In this document: piece by piece, positions 27,001 to 37,857 of the stretch
Position numbering within the stretch: position 1 is the stretch's first letter
Layout of the letters: each line of letters begins with the position of its first letter
DNA from: Phoronis australis
Taxonomy: Eukaryota > Animalia > Phoronida
Length of the DNA: 64,000 bases
Direction of reading: 5' to 3'
Assembly: GCA_002633005.1 (NCBI GenBank)
Contig: NMRA01000189.1
Location: 224,264 to 288,263, forward strand
The notes under the pieces: model-generated
The model's input: only the letters and a program-made list of their open reading frames with translations
Told to the model about the DNA's origin: nothing
Database searches by the model: none
Translations under genes and position numbers: made by a program

Positions 27001-28610
27001 ATTGATTGCGAGAGTATTTGCTCGAGGCGGAAGGATAAATTTAAAGACCCCAACTGCCCATCAACTATCTCTAGCATACACCAGGTAAGTAAAGAAGGAT
27101 GTGCTGTGTACACTGATACAAAGATATATAGATGTGCCACAAGTCTGGGCAGGCTTGCAATCTCGCTACTACATGATGCACGTGTTGATCACTAAGACAG
27201 ACTTGTCATTCGATCAGGATCATTCATTGTCTGACCCCAGTTGAAGGTCAATCAGCAGGTAACCACGCATGTTAGGTAGTGGTGAGATTGTGAACTTCCG
27301 ACATATCTATGTATCTTTGTAATGGCATACAGCGTTAACCATTCTTCACTTGTGGTGCATGCTGGAGGTATGTATTAAAAGATTGAAATAAGCTACCATG
27401 GTCTACACTCGGCTACCATACGGCCAACCCCACTCCAAGTCTCGGTGCTGGAAAATTTTCTACATTGAAGCCCAACTGAGGTAAGACCCACGAAAAACCA
27501 TGAGACGTAAATGTTTTTCCTGAGTGGCAGATGGAGAGGGTTCCGTACTGTTGGTGACGGCGGAACAAGAACACAAGTAGAGCGTAGATGAGGGCAAAAT
27601 TCCAGAATGTTACAATGTTGCCAGGAGGTGCACCTGTTCCGCTTAACGGGGATGAGTGTTGTGACACGTGACTTCTAGGTGTGACGTACATCCAAATAAA
27701 GCCTCTCTAAATTGCTTGCCAAGCAGCACTCGCCTCTTGGCTAAACGGTCTGGACAATCAGCTACCACAGTTCAAGTGCCGAATATTTCAGTGACTCCGG
27801 GACTTGAACCCAGGTGTGAGAGCCAAGCGTCTAAACCACTCAGCCAAGAGGCAATTGCCACTTGGCAAGCCACTTAGAGAGGCATTATTCTACCTGTACG
27901 TCACACCCAGAAGTCACGTGTAACTACACAAGTCAGTAAAAGTCAAGTGAACGGGTCCCTCTTCAAAATGGCTTCTGGGAACCAGTTTTCACTGAATAAT
28001 GGGTATCACCGTTACTCAATGAAAACTGGTTCCCGTCAGCCATTACCAAGAGGTACCTGTTCACTTGACTTTTACCATTCAAATCTCAGTGACTGAGTGG
28101 GCACTGTTCAGATATAGTGGTCTCTGATTTTGAGAACCAGTTTCATCCACTGAATAACGGGCCGTCTCAGTGTAGCCTGTAGTAGTGCGGTCGAACCAAA
28201 TTTTTTTTTCGTTTTGAAAAAATTCTCTACTATCATCGGGAAGATAAATGCATCCTACAATCGGGATGAGCCACCAAGCTGGCCCAAGTCACCAAGTGGT
28301 TACAGTTTCACTTGTGTTCGAAAGTGGAACATTAAGCAGAAGATTTGAGTTTCAGATTCGTTGAATTGATAACTTTAAACATTGATGTGACTCTTGCAAT
28401 AAAGGAAATGAGTAGAAAGCGCGGGTTTATGTTTATTGAATGAAACGCCCATTTTTGATTTTCACACGTCCAAATCCGAGTGAAAATTGAACAATGCAGT
28501 ATCTCGTCCTTTAAACAATAAGTCAGTAAGGCAATTTCAAAAGTGCCACCTTTTCTAAAAAATACCTTAAGGCCTGTGCCAAGAACAATAACATCATATT
28601 CTTCATCCAT
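11861..28610 (-). CDS. GDI: Rab GDP-dissociation inhibitor (Rab GDI), complete, 10 exons, 440 aa
   Basis: complement(join 28566..28610, 19361..19468, 18310..18409, 17255..17389, 16460..16655, 15244..15375, 14903..15071, 13753..13858, 12428..12572, 11861..12047) = 1323 nt. All introns are GT-AG with consistent phases. Motifs: [87 protein letters not shown]. Confidence 0.97.
12428..12572 (-). CDS. GDI: Rab GDI exon 9
   Basis: [47 protein letters not shown]|gtaagt. Confidence 0.95.
13753..13858 (-). CDS. GDI: Rab GDI exon 8
   Basis: [35 protein letters not shown]|gtaagt. Confidence 0.95.
14903..15071 (-). CDS. GDI: Rab GDI exon 7
   Basis: [56 protein letters not shown]|gtaatg. Confidence 0.96.
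15244..15375 (-). CDS. GDI: Rab GDI exon 6
   Basis: [43 protein letters not shown]|gtatgt. Confidence 0.96.
16460..16655 (-). CDS. GDI: Rab GDI exon 5
   Basis: [28 protein letters not shown]...[12 protein letters not shown]|gtaagt. Confidence 0.96.
17255..17389 (-). CDS. GDI: Rab GDI exon 4
   Basis: [44 protein letters not shown]|gtgagt. Confidence 0.96.
18310..18409 (-). CDS. GDI: Rab GDI exon 3
   Basis: [34 protein letters not shown]|gtaagt. Confidence 0.95.
19361..19468 (-). CDS. GDI: Rab GDI exon 2
   Basis: [36 protein letters not shown]|gtgagt. Confidence 0.97.
20372..21940 (+). mobile_element. Non-autonomous element (Helitron/Helentron-like) with internal ~150-bp tandem units, each carrying GCCACYAGRKGGC
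   Basis: Starts aacaagag after a T-run; recurring caaattt...aa(a/g)atcc blocks; trimeric higher-order structure of about 450 bp. The family assignment is inference. Confidence 0.55.
23151..23325. repeat. Two 86-bp tandem copies
   Basis: atgcactggcagctagtgttggac... starts at 23151 and at 23237. Confidence 0.8.
23470..23887. other. Assembly gap (418 N), flanked by a duplicated ~200-bp segment (23267-23469 = 23888-24090)
   Basis: Run of N with identical sequence either side; probably an unmerged contig overlap. Confidence 0.95.
24067..25480. mobile_element. Non-autonomous Tc1/mariner (pogo-like) DNA transposon, 1414 bp
   Basis: TIRs CCATATTCGCCGTAATAACCGCC / GGCGGTTATTATGGCGAATACGG flanked by a TA TSD (24065-66, 25481-82); no transposase ORF. 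Confidence 0.8.
25494..25915. repeat. Minisatellite, about 53-bp unit, about 8 copies
   Basis: Unit ccataggtttgcatggtcagttcacatgccagcagcaaatgttcactctctgg. Confidence 0.9.
26061..26420 (-). mobile_element. hAT-like MITE family A, copy 3
   Basis: Both TIRs present; 8-bp TSD gctcgact / gctcgatt (one mismatch), typical of hAT. Confidence 0.82.
27656..27929. mobile_element. Fold-back (MITE-like) element with ~100-bp arms enclosing a tRNA-like A/B-box segment
   Basis: Arms gtgacacgtgacttctaggtgtgacgtaca...gcctcttggct / agccaagaggc...tgtacgtcacacccagaagtcacgtgtaac; minus strand reads TGGCTGAGTGGTTTAGACGC...GGGTTCAAGTCCCGG. Confidence 0.65.
27936..28075. repeat. 140-bp near-perfect palindrome (MITE-like hairpin)
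   Basis: gtaaaagtcaagtgaac...gggaaccagttttca / tgaaaactggttccc...gttcacttgacttttac; related fragments near 3192-3246, 28133-28161 and 63530-63570. Confidence 0.75.
28566..28610 (-). CDS. GDI: Rab GDI exon 1
   Basis: [15 protein letters not shown]|gtatt. Confidence 0.96.
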
Positions 28611-28719
28611 GTTTTAGTTTGCCAACAAAAACCAGGAAACAACACTAAACTCGCCGGCAGAGATGACTCAGATATCCAAGATGGCCGGTGAGTAATAGAG
28701 AAAATTAGTACGACACGAA

Positions 28720-28960
28720 AACTAGTGCGCACAAGACGTTTGCGCATCGCAAAAGCGCACATTTATTCTGAAAACGTGACACACAGATTGGTTTTCTTGG
28801 TGAACATAAAAATATCTGTAATATATTAGTCAGGTTTATTGTTCAGTGATGATTGGAGATGTCTTGAGTAGTAATTTTATAGCAAGATTCATTATCGCTT
28901 CCGGATTCGGTGACGTTTTCAAGTGAGTCGCCAGAGAGCGCTATAAATCTACGTTTTTCC
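28720..28960. promoter_or_regulatory. Rab GDI proximal promoter region
   Basis: Directly upstream of exon 1. Contains repeated GCGCA (NRF1-like) elements at about 28726-28760, CCAAT boxes (gattgg) near 28786 and 28851, an ETS-like cttccgg near 28898 and TGACG half-sites. Confidence 0.5.
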
Positions 28961-29267
28961 AGCCAAGCTGTTGCTGACTTTGAACTGAACAGCTGGTATT
29001 TGCTAGTGTGCGTGGACTTGGAACCCTGCTTAATCTCAAGATTGTGTATGCGTGAACTCGGAATTGAATATTCATGAAGGCAATTAAATGATTTTTTTGT
29101 TCATTGTGACGAATTTTTTGTAATTATTTGCTGACGATCACCCATTTTCTCCTCTTGTAACTTGTGTCACGTCATCGTAAGAATTGGTGAATAAGGTCGC
29201 CATTAGCTGAAAAAGGGGGTTGGTTGAAATGTACACTATGATATTATAGATGGATAATTTATAATGT

Positions 29268-29740
29268 ATACACACACACGCACACCCGCACACACGCACA
29301 CACACACACACACACACACTCACACTGACACACATGCCACATGCGCGCAGCCGAGCCTTTAATGAAGGGGAGCTCGAATTTCTGACGATGTGTACCTTAA
29401 TCTGCTGACAACAATGGGAGGACTAAAAAAAAAAATACGGGGTGCCACCTTCACTGCGCGTCAGCGCCTTTTTAGTGGACATTTGTATCGTTTTCAGTTC
29501 TCGAACTTTTTGTTTCTCTGAGGCGGACTTTTCCCCAATGACTTCGCCAAATGGGGGGCTCGTTCGCGCCGCCGGAGCCCCCGAGCCCCCCATGGGTGCG
29601 CGCATGCACACATACAAGCAAACACACACACGCACCGTGCACACACGCATGCACGAACACACACACAGTGACACACAGAGAGACACACATGCGCGGGCAC
29701 ACTCACACATACACACATACACACATGCACACACACACAT
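29268..29740. repeat. (CA)n-rich microsatellites flanking a dispersed repeat (29420-29600; inverted copy at about 39290-39412)
   Basis: CA tracts at 29268-29335 and 29605-29740; tttttgtttctctgaggcggac matches the reverse complement at about 39350-39380. Confidence 0.75.
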
Positions 29741-29874
29741 GCAAATTTTTATAGATGAGTATTTCTGGTTAATTCCAATTTATACAAATTNATGGTTGGA
29801 GAGCCTGTGCTCTTTTGTTCGATCTCCGATCAGATTGCATCTAGACTGACTGGGCTGGGCTGATAAAAAATGAA

Positions 29875-30230
29875 AGTTAAGTTATAACATATTTGAGCTT
29901 AAACCAATAGCATTTCTGAATTCCTCGTCAAATACTGATCATGTTCCGTTTTTGAATCACCAAAATCACCCAACTACAACAGAAGTTAAGACAATCTATT
30001 CTGTCCAAACGGGTCGACGCACTGAGTTTGACTGGGCTCATACGCATTCGGTGATAGCGTGCAACCACTATACGTTTCCTTTGAAGCCTGGAAGATAATT
30101 GGCCTGCTTGTTATCATACGGGACGGAAATGAATGAGCTGAGCAGTTAACAAAAGAGCCAGATGTTATCGCACGTTCAGCACCCTTCACGTCTGGAAAAG
30201 TTACTGAACGACAGAACGCTGTAATGCCCT
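29875..30230 (+). repeat. Dispersed repeat, second copy of 3795-4105
   Basis: Colinear similarity with 3795-4105. Confidence 0.6.
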
Positions 30231-30439
30231 ATCCAAATTCAAGTGCCTGCCTACTTCAGTCATGAGACTGTGGCTAGAACAACGAAAACGTGCCATGGAC
30301 ATAATTTGTGCACGGGGTATATTCAACTGAACTTAATTTTTTCCAGTTTCAATTCCTTCTTAAAGTGATTATAAAAATACGGTTTAGGATTATTCTAAAC
30401 ACTCTGTCTCCATCTTTACAAATAACAATCCCTTATTCG

Positions 30440-31030
30440 CTGTCTAAAAACTATTTTCACACATAACGCCTTGATTTTACCAAACTTCTTGGAATCCATA
30501 ATCTGACAATACAAGTCTAACTGATGTCTCCCAATTTCGGGAATGCCGACCATTTTGGTCTAAATGACACAAATTGTCGCAAGGTGCCATTGAGTTACGG
30601 TGAGGAGGCAATTTGAAAAGTTTAAACCAATACGTGATTACTGGCGGCAACGTAGTACTTAGTAAGTAACGGCAACCGCCCACATTCGCTCAATACAGCA
30701 CCGTTTGAACATGAGTAGCTACACCCAACACACGCAAAGAAAATTTAATATGCACTTTTTCTGACCAATTGTATTCTTGTAAGTCCCATATTTCGGCTCC
30801 ATAACACAAGGTAGGGTAAACCATTTTATCAAATATCTCAAAAGCCACACGTGATTGAAACATGGTCAAGCTTCTTTGTAGCTTGTCGACCGTAATGGCG
30901 ACATTCATGGCCTGTGCTGACAGGGTCTGAGTAGCCATAGTCGGCCACAATTAATAACTCTGGCGTGAACACAACACCAAGATACTTGTAACCGAAACCA
31001 CTTCGAGTTTTTCACCTCAAGAATTCCACA
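30440..31030 (-). pseudogene. Non-LTR retrotransposon (L2/CR1-group) RT C-terminal fragment
   Basis: KYLGV, IFDKMVYPTLCYGAEIW, KVHIKFSLRVLGV, GECGRLP, NWETSVRLVLSDYGFQEVW, with frameshifts. Confidence 0.8.
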
Positions 31031-32401
31031 TCTCGTGATTTCTCAGGGTCGACCGTCTTGAGATCATCTCGAGAACTTAATGGAATGCTTAAAAACAGAC
31101 ACATTTTGTCTAGCGAGATGTAAAACTAGTCGCGCTTGTGCCTGCAGTTTTAACCATTTTGTAAATTCTACCGACCGGGTTCTCTCCCGGGTAAATCAAC
31201 AGGACAGCCATGACAACAACATCACCATGACCAACAGCCGAGAAGGAGACGGAGAAGAGGGCGATCACGTTGATTTACAATTGCGGTAGAAATAGCTGAC
31301 AAAATCGCGGCGGAGGTCCCCAATGAGGAGGACACACCAATATTCACTCAACAACAGCGGAGCAAATCGGAGTGTTGATTGTAGGCCCACATCGCAGATA
31401 CTAGATCAGATGATCTTTATTTTAAACATGTCCACTAAATCGCGGAACAATGCCAGTAAACGCACTGATACGCTCGGGCCGTGCAAAGCAAATCAGAAAT
31501 GGTCTCCATCACTATAGGAACACATCTGCCACCTTTTATCGTGAGTCTTCCAGAACTTATTTGTAGGATAGGGGAACAGACGACAAAGAAGTGAAGGGCA
31601 CAAAAACATGGTATAGGTCAAATGCACCTGAAACAGGGCCCGTGCGGTTTTCTGCGTGACAGTAACTTATTTGCCAAATTTCATTATCTTCCGTCTATGA
31701 AGGCCTAGTTGGAGCCGTCTGAAAAACGTCGCCAGCTCTGCTCTTCTCAATGGGAACACTTATTTCTTTTGATAATACGTTGTATCAAAAGTTATCTCCG
31801 ATGCATTGGTCTGTTTTGTTTTCTCCGTACAACGTGCAGTGCTTGAGACCACCCCGCCTTTAAAATGACCCGCTAACTTTTACTTCTTTCCAAGCCCAGA
31901 CTCATCTTCGTCTGAGTAACAGATTCTTTGTCTAATGGTGGGTCATAGCAGCTTAAAGAACAATTCTTGTCCATATTTACAAAGCATGCTTAACTTTATG
32001 CTTTAAACGTACAACAGATCCTGTGAATAACATCCTAAGTTATGTAGCAAAGGAGAATGTCCGAAGGGGTAATGTTTGGACCCCAATGAAATGAAAAGTA
32101 CTAACCTACCAATTATGAGTCAGAGATATTTAAAAACTGAACTCAGTTTCACGCATACGCATACTTTTTGCTGGAAAGGGGTAACATTGAAGACAACTAA
32201 TGTCAACAAAACCGTTTCTATGTTGAACTTTTGTAGGCATGTATGGCCAGTTCGTAGCTGCATTGGTAAAGGTTGCTTCTGAAAATTCTTTGCACTTCGT
32301 ATTAATTGCGCATTACATATAGAGCATGACCGAATAACCGTAGCGTGTTTTTCAAGTTTTACAGCGACATCTACACGACACAATTGTCTCGATAATTAGT
32401 A

Positions 32402-34648
32402 TTATATTAGACGACAGTAATAATCCAACAAGTCAACGAGAAGAACTAAAACCTCGCCAGTCTCGTCCACAGTGTTTGGCATGTTGACGTCTTTTTCGTC
32501 CCGCAACAAGTCAAATATTTGTTGAAATCCTTCCTCACAATCGGGTACGTCTTGTGTAATTAAGATGTCCAGATACGACCTCAAGTTTCGTTATCGCTTA
32601 CACACGCAGGCAGTCCTCACCACCACCGAACATTCCATGAAGTGAACGTTCGTTCCGAGATTTTCGAAAACACTGCGTGTTCCATAGGAGCCGAACGTTG
32701 TCAAATTCACGCCATAACCCATTCCCCGGAACTTGCTCCACCAGGATTCTATGCGTTGATTTGCTGCCGATCGGCCATACAAAAAGTCGAGTTCAATCTG
32801 GCTTTGTTGTCGGAATTACCACCACGCAGGAAAGTCTAAATCAGGTTGACATTACTTGGCGAAATTCTTTCGCTAGTTATTTTGCTTTGATATCGATTTT
32901 TTGTGTTTTTACTTGGTAAAATGAAATTTCTTCGAAGATGTTGCTTTGTCATAAAATTTGGATATTTTTTGTTTTTTGTTTGTTTCTTGCTCGCACTCTA
33001 CAGATCTCAATTCTTATTGGATCAACGCGAAATTTAGACACAACAGGTGTGTCGTGAATTGCTCAAAGTCTTCTGTTTTTCGTTATGATCGAATTCCTAA
33101 GGCGAACCTGGCGGGTTTTTTTTAATTCAGGCGATTCAACTGCTCACAGAGGCAGCATTTTTTACCTACACGGCAGAAAATCTGTACGCATTAGTGTGCT
33201 ACACTGTGTGCCGTAAATTATTCCAGTCAAAGATAGCGGATATATCGGCTATTGCATTTGGGCACCTCGATTTCAGAACGAAAACATTTTGTCTTGTAAA
33301 GAGCGTGTTGGAAGAGTCCAACGATGTTTTACAATTGCATAAGTAATTGTTGTATAAGAATTGCATGAGAAATTATTGTTGTATAAGAAATAATTGATTG
33401 AATCCTTTAGACTTGGAATGCATTCACTCTCTTTGTTTTTGCTGTATCTTGCCTTATATGGGCATGCTACTTGTGTGTATATATATTGATGCCGCCATAG
33501 AATAAACATTCTGATATAGTTTCTTGTACAGAAACATGGTGTTATTTTATTAACCGGCATATCATACTGACCAAAAATCCACTCGTCCCAACAATCAACA
33601 ACAAGGCGCATTGTAGGACCAATTGCTTCGAATTTTCATATGTTAATTTCTATGACTAGATATTACCAAGTGTGGTTTAACCGGAAGTTGCTTTCAAGAT
33701 GGCGTATCTGATGCATTTTCATCACTTTTCAATCGTGCTGGGGGTTTTATTTTAAACAGGATGTGCAAATGACGTGGAATTTTGTATGTGGATTCTTTAA
33801 GGTATACTCTTTCAAATGAATACCAACAATTTTTTCTCACAGTTACCGTTTCTTACTTATATGACATTCAATTTTAAAAAATGCAAAATTTGAAATTTTT
33901 CGAAAATCTAGTGAACTACTTTGTTAGACAGAGTTTTGAACGGGCTTTCAGAAGGTGTTTTCCATTTTCGCTAGGACATCTCTTTTTCAAATTATTCGGG
34001 ATTTTCTGATGACGCTGTTCCTTTGTTGATTGCTTTTGCTGCACTTTTGTTAGTTTACCTTCTATTAAACAAGACTATATTTCTGACTCATTTCTGGCAT
34101 CTTCATTCGTCATATGGTTGCAGTCACCATATTCGTCATCGCCATCTTCATTATCACCATCATCTCCATTGCCATTTATCATTCAATATTCTTTTCAGTC
34201 AATTTCGCCAAGTGTCGCTCCCCCGAGCGCTTTCATTTCTATTTTCAGTCCCATGGTCGGCTCTAACAACTTCAGGGAGGCCATTTAAGTCACACAGAGC
34301 AGTCGAAAAATATTTACAAACAACACATGGATTGTTATTGGTTGACGCAACTTCTAACCAAATTGTTCTTCTTGAGAATCCATCGATGCAGCCTTGTATG
34401 CATAAACCATAGAGTTTTAATTTATCCCAGCAGTCAATACGCCACATTTGTTTCGGCCCACAGGTGAAATACTCCCGTTTAACGACCCTCCTGAGTCGCC
34501 GATACTGCACCAAAATCAACAAAATTCAATATTTGGCGCAGTTTCTCTATCAGTAACAATTCCGTGAGTTTGTTGTGTATTGCTCTATAACCAAGATGTC
34601 TACCGCTACCAATAAGTTCACGTTCTGTGTCACCGTAAACAACACTGT
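32402..34648 (-). pseudogene. IS3EU-type (eukaryotic IS3-like) DDE transposase relic, interrupted by a 1.39-kb insertion
   Basis: ELIGSGRHLGYRAI ... GPKQMWRIDCWDKLKLYGLCIQGCIDGFSRRTIWLEV...GLPEVVRADHGTEN | (insert) | ...TFLR...YGRSAANQRIESWWS; stops and frameshifts present. Confidence 0.8.
32852..34237 (+). mobile_element. Helentron/HINE-like non-autonomous element, copy 1
   Basis: 5' ttacttggcgaaatt and 3' subterminal inverted aatttcgccaag, followed by hairpin cgctc-cccc-gagcg; inserted in TT with no TSD; same termini as 43109-46138. Confidence 0.7.
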
Positions 34649-34649
34649 C

Positions 34650-35100
34650 TTAAAAGGGAACTGTATTGTATTCTGAATAAATTTTGCGTAGTTTTCTATG
34701 AGTTGTTGAATAATTTCACAAATCAATTAATTCAACAACAAAAAGTAAATTTATATTCTGTAACGAAGCTTAAAAAAATCACCCGCTTGGAGCGCTGCTT
34801 CTCGTGACGTATTTGGTGGGGGTAAAGTCAGTGTCCTATTTTAGCGTGCAGTCAAGTGACGTTCTTCAAATTACCGGAATGAGATTTTTGCTGTGAAATG
34901 TCGGGTCACCAGGGATATCTGTTTGAGCCGAGGCAACACAAAGTGATACCCAGTCGTCGTCATCGTCAGACGAAAATTTGCCGGTGCAACCAGTCCGTAT
35001 CAACAATTTACACTGGTGTGACTGTGGTGGGCAGTGTGGACTCAGCCATCCGATCATCCAGCCAGCTGTCAGCCAATACTCAGCTCTGTAAACTTGAAGG
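34650..35100 (+). mobile_element. Kolobok-like element relic with a P2X7-C-terminal (ZCD)-like coding fragment
   Basis: Begins TTAA-AAGGGAACTG; encodes GYLFEPR..(frameshift)..SSSSSDEN...RINNLHWCDCGGQC; right end not found. Confidence 0.5.
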
Positions 35101-36025
35101 GTTTATTAGTTACTGTTATGTTGAGCTACGTTAGACCCCGAAATTTGACACAGCCCGTTGACTACCCAGGTATAGTAAACTTATGCTCGTCACTTCGTCG
35201 TAAAACTTACATCATGTAGAGCTAACGGACCGACGGGGTGCATGCAAAATTTGGTGAGTCAACCGACACTCACCTTGTTCGTTGCACCCATTTAAGTGGT
35301 AAACAATCAAATAAACGTCGTTTTCTAGCATAATTTGCCGTCTTTTTAACAAGGAATGTGTTGTCCGTTTCAAAAACAGCACGCTCGTGACCAGCCATTT
35401 CCTAAAATTTTGCGACGTCTTTCGGTAGATGTTGACAGCTTCGCAGCAGCAAGCAGGTTTGTTTTAAAATTCTGTTTGCTGGTTTTACAATACACGAAAC
35501 TTGTAACGAAATGAAACAGTTCAGAGTGTTGTGACATGTACACAACCTTGTGCCGGCAGCGAAGAATATTTGATAAAAGAATCGGAGAAAAATAAACTGG
35601 TCACGTAACTGGTGACGTAATCACCAAAGGCCGACTCAATATTGAGAACGCAACACAATTTTTGCACCAGCCATTATCTCATTGACAGCAGCCGATTAAC
35701 GATACAAGGCTAACTTTTCCAACGCCGGTAAATACGGTTTACTCAAGAAAGAGAGTAGTTTTAATGACACTAATTTTAAGCAGATTTTATTTGTCCATTT
35801 TTATCCACATCGGCGCAAACCTGTATATTTAGTTTACAGCTTTGGTCCCATTAGGCTAAAAAATATAAAAATAATTGCAGGCGGTCTGATACACGTTGTA
35901 CCAGACGTGCGCAGGCCTCGCATGTAGGCCCATTGCACTGATCACCTGGAAATAATTTTATGCTTTATTAACATATGGTTAAAACCGAGCTGAGGAGCTA
36001 GAAACCTGGCTCAAGGGTTTAGCAG

Positions 36026-36100
36026 TGTGACCTAGTGGGACTCGAACCCGCGACCTCGAGTAAAGAAAGCGGACACTTATCAACCAGGTCACACTGTCTC
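36026..36100 (-). mobile_element. tRNA-derived SINE head
   Basis: Minus strand GTGACCTGGTTGATAAGTGTCCGC...GGTCGCGGGTTCGAGTCCCACTAGGTCAC: A and B boxes present, cloverleaf not intact. Confidence 0.6.
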
Positions 36101-37134
36101 CTCCCATTAAGCTAGGGCAACTGATGGTATGCGATGACCATCCCCTTAGAAGACACCTTTTTCGAAGAGTTCGAACAACCAGGAACCATACAAAAAGGCA
36201 TGGCGAACCTTTTACAGCACTGTGGCAAACAGTAAAAATCAGACCGGCTGATACAATGATAAAATACGTTGATACGAACTCTTCACAATATGGCACATCA
36301 ATATGTGATAAGCAGTCGAGGCCCCATTAACACGTCACTGACATATCAGCCAATCAGCGATCGCTGCCGGGATTTCAGTCATTTGAAAATAATTACGAAT
36401 GAGCTTTTGTTTAGCGCACAACTCGGGCAAATGTGAGATTTGTTTGTATGTTAAAATGGTTAACTGCTGCATTATTTTTGCTACAGTGCCTTTTTAAGGC
36501 ATCTTTGTTTCGTCGCCTACATGACCCTCGACATCCGGAAAATGCATCTAAGTTGTCGTGAACTTAGCTGCTGATTCTGAAATCTGTGCAAAAACAATAG
36601 TATTTCAGAATGCCAAATATAAGATTAAACCGTTTTTCAATATCCTCATCCATGCAATCTTCATCAGTAATTTGGTAAGTAAACCAGCATACGAAGCATT
36701 CTTCGGGATTTGTGGAAAAACAATGGATGCGAGGCTAAAAGGCCTGGTGGTTTCCTGAGGAGAAAAGTTTTCTCCGCGGCAGAAACGTTTTCTCCGAAGA
36801 GAAAATGGATTTTTTCGTAATGTTACTTTTTCAATGTCAGCTTTGGGCCACCGTAAATATTCTTCATAAATCAACTGCTTTCCAGGGTGCACACGTTTAT
36901 GGGCGAACGAAAAAAAGTTTTGCTGCATTGTTTAAAATCCTCTACGACATTAAACCCATTAAACTTTATTATTTCTTCACACCAAACTCGTAAAATTTTA
37001 GGTCACGCCAATCTGGGTAACCTGTATTTTAAAATAGTGTTATTGCCAGTGTACGGAGAAACAAAATGATCCTTAGTCTCTCAGGACCATATTGCGTACT
37101 ATCACATCTGATTTGACTTTGTTCATATACACGA

Positions 37135-37460
37135 TTGTATGCCATCGTTACCCCATCGATCTGGTCACCACAGTCGTTAAACAAAAAATGGCTTTGTTTA
37201 CAAGCAAAGGACAACAGTTTATGTATATCAACACTGTTGAAACAGTTATCCACAGATATAGTGTTTAACAATTTATGTATACCCATTCCTGTAGTATTGT
37301 CTACCGGAACTTTAGTAAATAAGCTAAAAACGTCAAAACTGACCATAAATGGAATAGCACATAACGAACGGAGTTCTGCAACAAACTGGAACTACTCTTT
37401 CAAAGTATAAGAGCTCTCCGTAAGTGGACTCAAAATTTGGTTTAGAAACTTAAGCTAATA
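37135..37460 (-). pseudogene. Penelope-like element RT fragment
   Basis: KFLNQILSPL...MVSFDVFSLFTKVPVD...LLSFACKQSHFLFN...QIDGVTM. Confidence 0.75.
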
Positions 37461-37821
37461 CGTAGGTGTAATTACCAAAACACGAAACAATAGTTCTTGA
37501 TTTGTTATGACCCTTTTGTGACTTTTTCTGTTTCCTTGGTGATGATGGCGTGATGTACCATTGAAACGTTGGATATTGAATATACGTAAAACCATGTTAT
37601 CAGCAATCGTTCTCAGTTTTTCACTGCTAGCAAAAAAAAAAAACAAAATCGTGATTAAAACACCTGGTTCTCCTTCCTGAACACTTTTCTTCTCTTCCTA
37701 ATATCGGAAACCGAAGAACAAAATATCCGCCTATGTGTCGCACCTAAACCGTTCGTTCTTCACACCTCGCACATGATTTATAAATTTGAAGTGGACAGCA
37801 GAAAGCAATTGCATTCTCGCA

Positions 37822-37857
37822 ATGGACTGTGAACGCAAAGCTGGTGAACAAACAACG
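37822..37857 (+). CDS. Probable first coding exon of the LDLa protein
   Basis: gcaATGG Kozak context, 12 codons, strong G|gtaaga donor in phase 0; TATA-like TATAAAT about 40 nt upstream. Confidence 0.55.

Noticed and set aside
29138-29849. Cys/Val- and His/Thr-rich ORFs
   Set aside because: They are translations of (CA)n microsatellites.
36026-36100. Functional tRNA gene
   Set aside because: A and B boxes are present but the acceptor and anticodon stems do not pair; better explained as a SINE head.
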